A DNA stretch of 64,000 nt from Candidatus Eiseniibacteriota bacterium (GTDB lineage: Bacteria; Eisenbacteria; RBG-16-71-46), in assembly GCA_963717935.1 (NCBI GenBank), contig CAVQXP010000004.1:608001-672000 (forward strand), in the 5' to 3' direction. This document shows, piece by piece, positions 1 to 8,620 of this stretch. The position numbers and the translations under genes are program-made. Under the pieces are notes generated by a model. The model worked only from the letters and a program-made list of their open reading frames with translations. It made no database searches and was not told the DNA's origin. How positions within the stretch are numbered: position 1 is the stretch's first letter; each line of letters begins with the position of its first letter.

Positions 1-159
1 GCGCAGTACCTCGCGCACCGGTTTCTGCGTGTCCACCGGCGTGTAGACCAGGCCGAAGTGGGTGAGGAAGGAGAAGATCTCGCTCAGGTTCACGCGCTGC
101 TCGAGCCAGTCCACCCAGCTCCTGCGCGCGGGCGGGTCCTGCCGGCCGGGCCCGTTCAT
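1..159 (-). CDS. Cytochrome b/b6 N-terminus (partial, runs off window)
   Basis: Manual translation MNGPGRQDPPARRSWVDWLEQRVNLSEIFSFLTHFGLVYTPVD...; the W..WLE.R start is typical of cytochrome b, and its ATG overlaps the Rieske stop (ATGA). Confidence 0.7.
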   Translation of the reverse strand, partial: MNGPGRQDPPARRSWVDWLEQRVNLSEIFSFLTHFGLVYTPVDTQKPVREVLR

Positions 160-626
160 ACCTGGACGAAGATCTCGCCGGCGCGCACCGATGCCGGGTA
201 GCCGGGCAGCGGCCGGGGCGGCGGGCCGGAGAGCACGTTGCCCGAGAGGTCGAAGCGCCCGTCGTGGCAGGGGCAGACCAGCGTCCTGCGGGCCGGGTCG
301 TAGCCCAGGATGCAGCGCACGTGGGTGCACACCGCCGAGAGGGCCAGCACGCGCGTGGCGTCGAGGCGGATCACGTAGAAGGGCGTCACCCCGTGACGCA
401 CGAGGCGGCCCTCGCCCACGCGATAGTCATCGAGGAGCCCCGCGCTCACCGTCCGCTCGGAGTCGCGCTCGCGCTTCTCGGGGGCCTTGAGGTAGGCGCC
501 CACCACGGCGACGGCGCCGAGTCCCCAGAGCGCGAGGAACGCCTGCGAGAGCACGGTGAGGAAGCGGCGCCGGTCCGGTGGCGTGGACGCCGGCAGGTGG
601 ATCGGCCGGTCTTCGGGGATCGGCAT
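156..626 (-). CDS. Rieske 2Fe-2S protein (bc-complex type)
   Basis: CTHVRC and CPCHDG motifs, GPPPRPL tail, Tat-like RRRFL plus TM helix; ATG 626 with GAGG upstream. Confidence 0.92.
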   Translation of the reverse strand: MPIPEDRPIHLPASTPPDRRRFLTVLSQAFLALWGLGAVAVVGAYLKAPEKRERDSERTVSAGLLDDYRVGEGRLVRHGVTPFYVIRLDATRVLALSAVCTHVRCILGYDPARRTLVCPCHDGRFDLSGNVLSGPPPRPLPGYPASVRAGEIFVQV

Positions 627-843
627 GGGACCTCGGACGGGGTCGGGGCGCAGGCCGCACGGGCGGGTTGCCGTCTCCACTGGCCTGCGGCCGGCCAGCG
701 CCCCGCGCGTGGCAAGAAGTCCAGGCAGCATCATAGTCCGGGACCCGCACCCGGCCAATGCGATTCGAGACCCACGCCCGGCCCGCCCGACGCCGCCGGT
801 TTCGCTCGACCCGCCAGTCCATTTGCGTTATGAAGTCCCTCCT

Positions 844-2193
844 ATGATGCCCCGTGCCTGGATGATCGCGCTGGCCGCGGTACTCGCGGTCTTCCTGCTG
901 CCGGGCGGCGCCTTCGCCGCGAGCGGCAGCCCGGACATGCCGCCCCTGCTGCTCGCGCTGGTGCTGGTGCTCCTCGGTGCCCGGCTGGGAAGCGCGCTTG
1001 CGGAGAAATTCGGCCAGCCTCCGGTCCTGGGCGAGTTGCTCGCGGGGGTCGTCATCGGCAACCTCGGCCTGCTCGGCTGGCACGGGCTCGACGGGCTGCG
1101 CGAGGTCGCGGGGCTCGAATTGCTGGCGCAGATCGGCGTGCTGTTCCTGCTCTTCGAAGTTGGACTCGCCTCGGAGGTCGGGCAGATGCTCGCCGTGGGC
1201 GGCTCGGCACTGCTGGTGGCGACGCTGGGCGTGGTCGCCCCCATCGGTCTCGGCTTCCTGGTGTCGCGGGGGTTCTTTCCGGGGCACCATCCCCTGACCC
1301 ACTGGTTCGTCGGAGCCACGCTGTGCGCCACCAGCGTGGGCATCACCGCGCGCGTGCTCGCCGACCTGGGGCGCACGAAGAGTCGCGAGGGCCGCATCAT
1401 CCTCGGGGCGGCGGTCATCGACGACGTGCAGGGGCTGCTGGTGCTGGCGGTGATCAAGGGCATCATCGATTCGGTCGATCGCGGGCAGGCCTTCGACACG
1501 AACTCGGCACTGCTGATCGTGGCGAAGGCGGTCGCGTTCCTGGTGGTCGCGGTCGTCCTGGGCCGCTCGATCTCGAGCCGCGTCTTCCGGCTCGGCGCGC
1601 GCCTGCGCGGGGAGGGCGTGCTCCTCTCGCTGGCGCTGGCCTTCTGCTTCGCCTCCGCGTGGCTCGCGGGGCTGCTGGGCCTGGCGCCCATCGTGGGCGC
1701 CTTCGCCGCCGGGCTCGTGCTCGACGAGGTCCACTACCGCGACCTGCGGGCGCGCGACCGGGCCCAGCGCGACGTGCTGGCGCTGCTCAAGCCGATCTCC
1801 ACGTTCCTCGTGCCGGTCTTCTTCGTGCTCATGGGCATGCGCGTGGACCTCTCGGTGTTCGGCCAGGCGGGCATCCTGGGCTTCACCGGCGCGCTCATCG
1901 CGGTCGCACTGGTGAGCAAGCAGGTCTGTTCGCTGGGCGTGCTGGGCAAGGGGACCGACCGGCTGGCGGTGGGGCTGGGCATGATCCCGCGCGGCGAGGT
2001 GGGGCTCATCTTCGCGGGCATCGGGAGCGGACTGATGATCGGCGCCGAGCACGTCGTGGACCCGAGGATGTTCTCGGCCGTGGTCGCCATGGTCGCCGCG
2101 ACCACGCTGCTCACGCCACCGCTGCTGGCCTGGCGGTTGAGACGGCTGCCACTCGAGACCGGACCGCCGAAGGGCGGTCCTTCCGGGGGTTGA
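844..2193 (+). CDS. Cation:proton antiporter (CPA2/NapA/KefB-like)
   Basis: QPPVLGELLAG, ATSVGIT, AAVIDD, GMIPRGEV motifs; about 13 TM segments. Confidence 0.92.
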   Translation: MMPRAWMIALAAVLAVFLLPGGAFAASGSPDMPPLLLALVLVLLGARLGSALAEKFGQPPVLGELLAGVVIGNLGLLGWHGLDGLREVAGLELLAQIGVLFLLFEVGLASEVGQMLAVGGSALLVATLGVVAPIGLGFLVSRGFFPGHHPLTHWFVGATLCATSVGITARVLADLGRTKSREGRIILGAAVIDDVQGLLVLAVIKGIIDSVDRGQAFDTNSALLIVAKAVAFLVVAVVLGRSISSRVFRLGARLRGEGVLLSLALAFCFASAWLAGLLGLAPIVGAFAAGLVLDEVHYRDLRARDRAQRDVLALLKPISTFLVPVFFVLMGMRVDLSVFGQAGILGFTGALIAVALVSKQVCSLGVLGKGTDRLAVGLGMIPRGEVGLIFAGIGSGLMIGAEHVVDPRMFSAVVAMVAATTLLTPPLLAWRLRRLPLETGPPKGGPSGG

Positions 2194-2272
2194 GAACGCG
2201 CGGGCCTCGGGGGCTCGCGGGGACGATCCCGCGCGGGCTCGAGCGCCGGCGAGAAAGGGCGGAGTTGCAGAG

Positions 2273-2890
2273 ATGCTGTCCTACGGCAATCGGTTCTTCC
2301 GGATCAGCGTCACGTTTCTGGAGTGGATCCTCAAGAAGGTCACGGGCCCCGACCGGTGGCGGCCGGCGGGTGCGATCCGGGAGCTCCCCCCGTCTGCCCT
2401 CATCTATGACTCGCAGGAGGGCCAGCGGGCGGAGGGCGTGTTCCGCACGCTCTCGGCCCTGGGATTCACGCCCACGAGGGTGCCGCTCGCCGATCTGGCA
2501 GGCGGCATCCCCGAGAACTGCGGGATCATCTCCCGCGGCACGAAGGACTGCTGGGCCACGGTCGTCCTCGAGCCCCGGGACGACGTCAGCGCAAGGCACC
2601 TCGGCCCGGCCTTCCGGCGATACGCTCACCTGCACCCGGACGTCGTGGCGATCGTCGTCGGGCCACTTCCGAGCCGCTCGGAGATCCTGGACCGCTATCG
2701 GCATGTGGTGACGGCCGACGACGGCAGCGTCGCGCCCCCCGAGCTGGCGGCGGGGATGGCTCATGCCAGCGCGGCGCGCGTCCTCCATTGCGCGCGGCTG
2801 CTGAACACGGCCGTGGCGTTCTTCGCGCTCGTGGTGCTGATCATCGGCCTCGGGCTGGCCTGGGCCGGAGGGTTCCTCCCATGGCGATGA
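2273..2890 (+). CDS. Hypothetical protein with C-terminal TM anchor
   Basis: GC3-biased ORF with GGAG RBS; stop overlaps next start. Confidence 0.65.
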   Translation: MLSYGNRFFRISVTFLEWILKKVTGPDRWRPAGAIRELPPSALIYDSQEGQRAEGVFRTLSALGFTPTRVPLADLAGGIPENCGIISRGTKDCWATVVLEPRDDVSARHLGPAFRRYAHLHPDVVAIVVGPLPSRSEILDRYRHVVTADDGSVAPPELAAGMAHASAARVLHCARLLNTAVAFFALVVLIIGLGLAWAGGFLPWR

Positions 2891-3882
2891 ACCAGCTCGT
2901 CCTGCTGTCGCTTCTGACCCTCGCGGTGGCCAGGCCCGGGCCCGGCACGGCCGCCCCCGCGCTCGAGCTTGCCGGGCCCTCCGGCACGCGTGCGCTCACG
3001 CTCGCGCAGATCCGGAAGCTGCCCGCGACCGCCGGGCTGGCCGGCGTGAAGAGCAGCACGGGCAAGGTTTCCCTGCCAGCGCGGTACAAGGGGGTCGCTC
3101 TGCGCGACCTGGTCGCCGCGGTCGGCGGCTGCGACACCACGAAGAACCTCGCCGTCACCGCGAGGGACGGCTACAGCATCACGTTCTCGCACGACCAGGT
3201 GATGAACGGCGCCTTCACCGTCTACGACCCCGGCACGGGTGACACACTCGCATCGCGCGAGCCGCTGACCGCGATCATCGCCTACGAGCACGAGGGCCGG
3301 CCGCTGGACGTTACCGAGGACGGCCCGTTGCGCGTGGTGGTCGTGAGCACCACGGGCCGCCAGGTGACCGATGGCCACTGGTCCATCAAGTGGGCGACGA
3401 AGCTGACGGTCGAGCCTGCCAGCGAGGCGTGGTCGCTGAGCCTGGAGGGCGCCCTGACCGAGATCATGGACCGCGCCACGTTCGAGTCGGGGGCGTCGCC
3501 GAAGTGCCACGGGAACACGTGGAAGGATGCGCGGGGCCGGTCGTGGGCCGGTCTCCCGCTCTGGCTGCTGGTCGGCCGCGTGGACGATGGGCTCAGGCAC
3601 GGGGAGCTGGCATTCAACGACTCGCTCGCCGCGGCCGGCTACACCGTGGACGTGGTCGCGGGTGATGGCGCCACCGTCTCGTTCGACAGCGCGCGGCTCG
3701 AGCGGAACGACGAACTCATCGTCGCCTGCCTGCTCGACGGAGCGCCGCTGCCCGGGGAATCGTTCCCGTTGCGGCTGGCAGGTCCGGGCCTGAAGGACGA
3801 AGAGCGGATCGGCGGGGTCACGCGGATCGTCGTCCACGCGCCCGCCGCGACGCGGGCGCCCGCGGGGACTCCGGTGCGGTAG
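2887..3882 (+). CDS. Exported protein with two molybdopterin-oxidoreductase-like (Oxidored_molyb-like) domains
   Basis: Signal peptide; Y.GV.L.DL, A.DGY, GPLR.V and a second W.G.PL / A.DG / PLRL repeat. Confidence 0.7.
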   Translation: MNQLVLLSLLTLAVARPGPGTAAPALELAGPSGTRALTLAQIRKLPATAGLAGVKSSTGKVSLPARYKGVALRDLVAAVGGCDTTKNLAVTARDGYSITFSHDQVMNGAFTVYDPGTGDTLASREPLTAIIAYEHEGRPLDVTEDGPLRVVVVSTTGRQVTDGHWSIKWATKLTVEPASEAWSLSLEGALTEIMDRATFESGASPKCHGNTWKDARGRSWAGLPLWLLVGRVDDGLRHGELAFNDSLAAAGYTVDVVAGDGATVSFDSARLERNDELIVACLLDGAPLPGESFPLRLAGPGLKDEERIGGVTRIVVHAPAATRAPAGTPVR

Positions 3883-3998
3883 GCGGACCTCCGCCCTGCG
3901 ATCCCGGCACGGGTGACACGCTCGCGTCGTGCGAGCCGCTCACGCGATCCTCGCCCGCGCGCCGGCCGCCGGACGTCGCTCCGGCGCGTCCGGCTCGC

Positions 3999-5135
3999 TC
4001 AGGAGGCGCCGGGCTCGTGCGCCGGCGCGCCGAAGCGCGCCACGACCCAGATCAGGAAGGTGTGGGCGAAGGCGAAGTAGGAGATGTCGAAGTCGTCCTG
4101 GACCAGGATGTAGGTCCAGCCCTGGAGCGCGATGGACCAGGCGAACAGCGCCGCGATCACGCCGAACAGGACCCACACGATCCCGAGCCACGCCTGCAGG
4201 GCCGAGCGCGCCAGGCTTCCCCACGCGATCGCCGCGGCGAGCGCGACCGCCAGAAGCGGCTTCGGGATGTACGAGAGCTGGATGGCGAACGGGCCGAACT
4301 GCGCGAACCGGCGCGCGTCCCACAGGATGAACGGCACCAGCGTCGCGACGAAGGCGGCCGCGCACCACGCCGCCACGACGAGCCCGGAGCGCCGGTCGTC
4401 GCGGAAGCGCCACGGCAGGAAGACCGCGTACGCCAGCCCGACGATCCCGCGCGTGGAGAGCAGGAGCCCCGCGGCGATGCCCCGCCAAGGCGTGGCCGCG
4501 AGCCGCGCCTTTCCCTCGAGCCCCGCGAGGAGCAGCAGCACGAGCGTCATGTTGCTGAAGAGCTCGCTGCGCGTGACGACCTCGTAGAGGAAGAGCGGCG
4601 CCGCGAGCAGCAGCCCGAGCGCGAACCACGCCGTCTCCGGATGCGCGCGCGCCGCGCGGTGGCAGGCCCAGGCGAATGCCCCGAAGGCCGCGATCTGGAG
4701 GAAGCCGAGATCGCCGATCGCCTGGAAGGGCAGCGCGATCAGGAACAGCACCGGGAAGGAGGACGGCAGCACGGCCGAGGCGTACGGGAAGCGGCCGTGG
4801 AGCAGGTGGCCGAGCCAATCGCGGATCGCGGGGCAGCGCGTCACCCGCAGGGACTCCGGGTCGAACCGGGTCATGACCAGCGCCAGGGCGATCGCGGCGC
4901 AGCCGGCGACGACGGCGAAGCCCCGGCCACGGTGGTCGCGGCGCGCGCACGCCCGCGCGAGGCGCGGTCCCGCCAGCCACAGCGCGGTCGCGAAGGCCAG
5001 GTAGAGGGAGGCGGCGAGCAGCCCGTGTCCCCCGGCGCGCTCGGGGTACTTGTAGGCGAACGGGACGTTGACGACGAGGTACAGGACGGCGAGCGCGAAC
5101 CGGGCGCCGCGGCCAAGACGTTCGGGTGTGGGGAT
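3999..5135 (-). CDS. Polytopic membrane protein, possibly a GT-C (GT87-like) glycosyltransferase; start uncertain
   Basis: About 10 hydrophobic segments in the C-terminal part of ORF 3999..5870; G.FPY...PSSFP.LF motif; GAGGAG lies 7 nt before an in-frame ATC. Confidence 0.65.
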   Translation of the reverse strand: MPTPERLGRGARFALAVLYLVVNVPFAYKYPERAGGHGLLAASLYLAFATALWLAGPRLARACARRDHRGRGFAVVAGCAAIALALVMTRFDPESLRVTRCPAIRDWLGHLLHGRFPYASAVLPSSFPVLFLIALPFQAIGDLGFLQIAAFGAFAWACHRAARAHPETAWFALGLLLAAPLFLYEVVTRSELFSNMTLVLLLLAGLEGKARLAATPWRGIAAGLLLSTRGIVGLAYAVFLPWRFRDDRRSGLVVAAWCAAAFVATLVPFILWDARRFAQFGPFAIQLSYIPKPLLAVALAAAIAWGSLARSALQAWLGIVWVLFGVIAALFAWSIALQGWTYILVQDDFDISYFAFAHTFLIWVVARFGAPAHEPGAS

Positions 5136-5480
5136 GGTCGCGCTCCTCGTCGGGTACGGGGCCCGGAGACAGCCTCCGGTCGCTCTCCGCGCGGCCACCA
5201 GCCTGCACGCCGGCACGCTCGCGCACACGCCCGGTCGGGAGGCGGCGTCCGCGCTCTCGAGCCGGGAGCAGGGCAGACTACGACCCGTCCGCTGCGGGTG
5301 TCCACCGTCACGTCGCCACGCCGACGTGCCCCGGGGCCCCCGTTCCCGGCGATTCCGCTCTTCCGCCCCCTGTGCGAGAATGGCGCCTCGCCGGCCGCGG
5401 CGCGGGAGCGCGGCCGCGCGGAGGTCCCGCGGGGTGGGAGACCTCACACCCCCGCGCCGATGCCCATCCAGGAGGCGGCC

Positions 5481-5921
5481 ATGAGCCGAGTCGCGGACGT
5501 GCTTTCGCACAAGGGCCGTGAAGTCCACACCGTGGGGCGCGAGACGACCACCTTCGAGGCGCTCGAGAAGATGGTCCGCCACAATGTCGGCGCGCTGGTC
5601 GTCACCGAGGGTGACGCCACCGTCGGGATCTTCACCGAGCGCGACTTCCTGCGGCGCGTCGTGCTCCGGGGGCACGACCCGAAGGTCACGCGGGTGCGCG
5701 AGGTCATGACCGAGCGCCTGGTCTGCACCGATCCCGACCGGCCGGTGGAGGACTGCATGGCCGTGATGACCCAGGAGCGCATCCGCCACCTGCCCGTGGT
5801 CGCGGCCGGCCGCCTGGCGGGGATCGTCTCCATCGGTGATGTGGTCCGGCACCTCTCGGCGGAGCGCCACGTCGAGATCCGCTACCTCACCGACTACATC
5901 ACGGGGAAGTACCCGGGCTGA
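5481..5921 (+). CDS. CBS-domain pair protein
   Basis: GIFTERD, IRHLPV, GIVSIGD motifs; AGGAGG RBS. Confidence 0.93.
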   Translation: MSRVADVLSHKGREVHTVGRETTTFEALEKMVRHNVGALVVTEGDATVGIFTERDFLRRVVLRGHDPKVTRVREVMTERLVCTDPDRPVEDCMAVMTQERIRHLPVVAAGRLAGIVSIGDVVRHLSAERHVEIRYLTDYITGKYPG

Positions 5922-5935
5922 GCCGCGGGGGAACG

Positions 5936-6628
5936 ATGACGCTCACTCCGGGTGGTCCGGTCATCGTGGTGGGGGGCGGCGCGGGCTTCGTCGGGCGCGC
6001 CGTGGTGGGGGTCCTGCTCGCCGGCGGGGCGCGCGTCGTGGTGCCCACCCGCCGCGAGGAGGACGCCGAGCGCTTCTACCTGGAGGCGAGCCCCGAGACC
6101 GTGCCCCGCCTGCGCACCGCGGTGGGCGAGTTCGGCGACCCGGCGACGCCGGGGCGCATCGCGACCGTCGCGCGCCGCGAGTTCGGCGGCGTGGACCACC
6201 TGGTGTCGGTCATCGGTTCGCCACCGCTGGGCCCGCTGGCGACGCTCGACGCGCAGGGCGTGCAGGAGGCGGTCGAGGACAACCTCTCCGCTCCCGGGCG
6301 GTTCATCCTCGGGATGCTGCGCCACCTGAACGGCACGGCACCGGTGAAGCGCGTCGTCGTGGTCACGCCCGCGCCCGGGCGCGAGGCGCAGAGCGAGCCC
6401 GACGCCTGGTCGCTGGGCCGCACGTTCCTCGAGGGCCTGGTCGGCCTGCTGCGCGATGCGCGGCGGCCGGGGCTCGAGTTCTACGCCCTGCGCGCCCCGC
6501 GGCTGGCGGGCACCGGGACCGGCTCGGCCGCGGTGGGCCGGGCCGTCGCCCGCCTGCTGGCCGAGGGTGCGCCCCGCGGGTCCGGCGACTTCGTCGTGGA
6601 GTTCGTCGCCCCGGACGACGTGGCGTGA
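5936..6628 (+). CDS. Atypical SDR-family Rossmann-fold protein
   Basis: GGGAGFVG nucleotide-binding loop, FGGVDHLV; no YxxxK. Confidence 0.75.
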   Translation: MTLTPGGPVIVVGGGAGFVGRAVVGVLLAGGARVVVPTRREEDAERFYLEASPETVPRLRTAVGEFGDPATPGRIATVARREFGGVDHLVSVIGSPPLGPLATLDAQGVQEAVEDNLSAPGRFILGMLRHLNGTAPVKRVVVVTPAPGREAQSEPDAWSLGRTFLEGLVGLLRDARRPGLEFYALRAPRLAGTGTGSAAVGRAVARLLAEGAPRGSGDFVVEFVAPDDVA

Positions 6629-6647
6629 GCAGGGTGACCGCCGCCGC

Positions 6648-6784
6648 CGGACCCGTGCCGGGGGGCCCCGCGGGCACGCTCGCTCCGCCGTCCGGGCTCC
6701 GCTCGCTCTTCCTCGCCGGGCTCCGCCGGTCCCTGGCTCCGCCCGGCTCCGGGCGGCCTCGCGTGGCCCCCCGGCACGGGTCCG
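6648..6784. repeat. Intergenic palindromic element with perfect 20-bp inverted arms
   Basis: CGGACCCGTGCCGGGGGGCC (6648-6667) and GGCCCCCCGGCACGGGTCCG (6765-6784). Confidence 0.85.
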
Positions 6785-6803
6785 CCGGCGGCTGCGCCCC
6801 ACC

Positions 6804-7868
6804 ATGAGCCAGGTCGGCAGCCCCCTCGGCAAGATCGCGCCCGGGCAGTTCGAACGCGTCATCGCTCCGCATCTGGGCGCCGCCCGCTCCGAGGTGCTGG
6901 TGGGGCCGCGCGCGGGACAGGACTCCGCCATCGTGAAGCTCGGTGGCGGGCGCGTGCTCGCCGTCACCACCGACCCGCTCTCGGTCGTGCCCGCGCTCGG
7001 CTTCGAGGCCTCCGCCCGGCTCTCCTGCCACCTCATCGCCTCGGACCTGTGGTGCGCGGGTATCGCGCCCGCCTGGGCCTCGATCACCTTCAACCTGCCG
7101 CCGCAGATGGGCGACGCCGAGCTCGAGACCTACTGGCTCGCGATGAGCGACGAGTGGGCGCGGCTGGGCGTCTCGGTCGTGACCGGCCACACCGGGCGCT
7201 ACCCGGGCTGCGACTACTCCATCATCGGCGCGGGCACGCTGATGGGCGTGGGCGACGAGACGGCCTACCTCACGCCCGCCATGGCCTCACCCGGCGACCG
7301 CGTGATCGTGACCAAGGGCTGCGCGGTCGAGGCCACGGCCATCGCGGCCTGGCTGTTCCCGAAGCGACTGGGCGCCAGGCTCGGCCCCGAGGGCGTCGCG
7401 CGGGCCCGGGCGCTGCTGGGTCAGGTCAGCGTCGTGGCTGACTGCCGCGCGGTACTGCGCGTGGGCGTGCGCGACCGCGGCGTGACCGCGCTGCACGATG
7501 CCACCGAGGGTGGCGTGCTCGGCGGCCTGCTCGAGCTGGCGCGAGCCTGCGGGCACGACCTCGCCGTCGAGCGCGCGCGGATCCCGCTGCCGCCCGAGGC
7601 GCGTGCGGCCTGCGAGGTGTTCGGCACCGATCCGTACTGGACGCTCTCCGAGGGGGCCCTCATCGCCACGGCGCGGCCCGCGCACGCCGCGGCCGTGCTC
7701 GCGGCGCTCGCCGCCGCGGGGATCCCCGCGGCCGAGGTGGGCGAGGTCGTGCCCGGCGGCGGCGCGCTGCGGCTCGCGGAGCCCGGTGGCGTGCACGTCC
7801 TCACCGAACCCGAGGCGGATCCCTACTGGCCGGCGTACCAGCGGGCGATCGGCGAGGGCTGGGAATAG
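6804..7868 (+). CDS. AIR-synthase/PurM-like (HypE/ThiL-related) protein
   Basis: GQDSA, TTDP, GHTG, PGDRVIVTK, LHDATEGG, SEG.L motifs. Confidence 0.88.
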   Translation: MSQVGSPLGKIAPGQFERVIAPHLGAARSEVLVGPRAGQDSAIVKLGGGRVLAVTTDPLSVVPALGFEASARLSCHLIASDLWCAGIAPAWASITFNLPPQMGDAELETYWLAMSDEWARLGVSVVTGHTGRYPGCDYSIIGAGTLMGVGDETAYLTPAMASPGDRVIVTKGCAVEATAIAAWLFPKRLGARLGPEGVARARALLGQVSVVADCRAVLRVGVRDRGVTALHDATEGGVLGGLLELARACGHDLAVERARIPLPPEARAACEVFGTDPYWTLSEGALIATARPAHAAAVLAALAAAGIPAAEVGEVVPGGGALRLAEPGGVHVLTEPEADPYWPAYQRAIGEGWE

Positions 7869-8104
7869 CGGGATTGCGGGGATGCGCGGCGCTCCCGGGC
7901 CCTCCGGGGCGCGCGTCCCGGACCCACGCCCGCCGTTCCGGGCCCACCGCGCCGAACCCTTTGGGCCGTGGCGTGCATCCACCAGTCAGGCGGGTGCATC
8001 CGCGCCCCCCCGCGGCTTCCACTCGGAATCCCGCGCGCGGCACCCGCCTCTTTCGATCGAACGATCCCTGGACTCTCCGTCCAATCCCGTCCCAGGAGGA
8101 CCGC

Positions 8105-8539
8105 ATGGCAGCCAGGCAGCAGTCGAAGAACCCGAAGCTCGTCGCCCTGCTCAATCAGGCGCTGGGCTGGGAATTGCGCGCCCAGGCCATGTACGCGCAC
8201 TACGCGGCGTACGTGAAGGGCCTCGAGTCGCTCACCCTCGCCGGCCACTTCGAGGAGGAGGCCGCGGAGTCCGTCGCCCACGCCAGGCAGGTGCGCGACG
8301 TCATCGCGATGCTGGGTGGCGAGGCGGTCACGGTGCGCGACAGGGCGCCGATCGTCCACACCGGGGACACGCGCGTGATGCTCAAGGAAGCGCTCAAGAC
8401 CGAGGGGACCGCGGCGGAGGTCTACCGGAAGATCGTGCCCCTGGTGAAGGACAACTCGATCTTCTTCCACTCGCTCTCGCACGTCCTGATGGACGAGATG
8501 AAGGCCGTGGTGGAGATGGAGAACCTGCTGGGGCGCTAG
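8105..8539 (+). CDS. Ferritin-like (bacterioferritin-related) four-helix protein
   Basis: LNQAL.WE..A...Y, E..ES..H, E..A...Y; AGGAGGA RBS. Confidence 0.85.
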   Translation: MAARQQSKNPKLVALLNQALGWELRAQAMYAHYAAYVKGLESLTLAGHFEEEAAESVAHARQVRDVIAMLGGEAVTVRDRAPIVHTGDTRVMLKEALKTEGTAAEVYRKIVPLVKDNSIFFHSLSHVLMDEMKAVVEMENLLGR

Positions 8540-8620
8540 CCCGGACCGGGAACCGGAGGCCGCGAGGGCCGCACGGGTCACCTGCCCGTGCGGCCCCCTT
8601 CGGTTCCTGCCGGATGCGCG

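Noticed and set aside
6629..6803. TPP riboswitch upstream of the AIR-synthase-like gene
   Set aside because: No CTGAGA or other TPP consensus; the core is nearly devoid of A.
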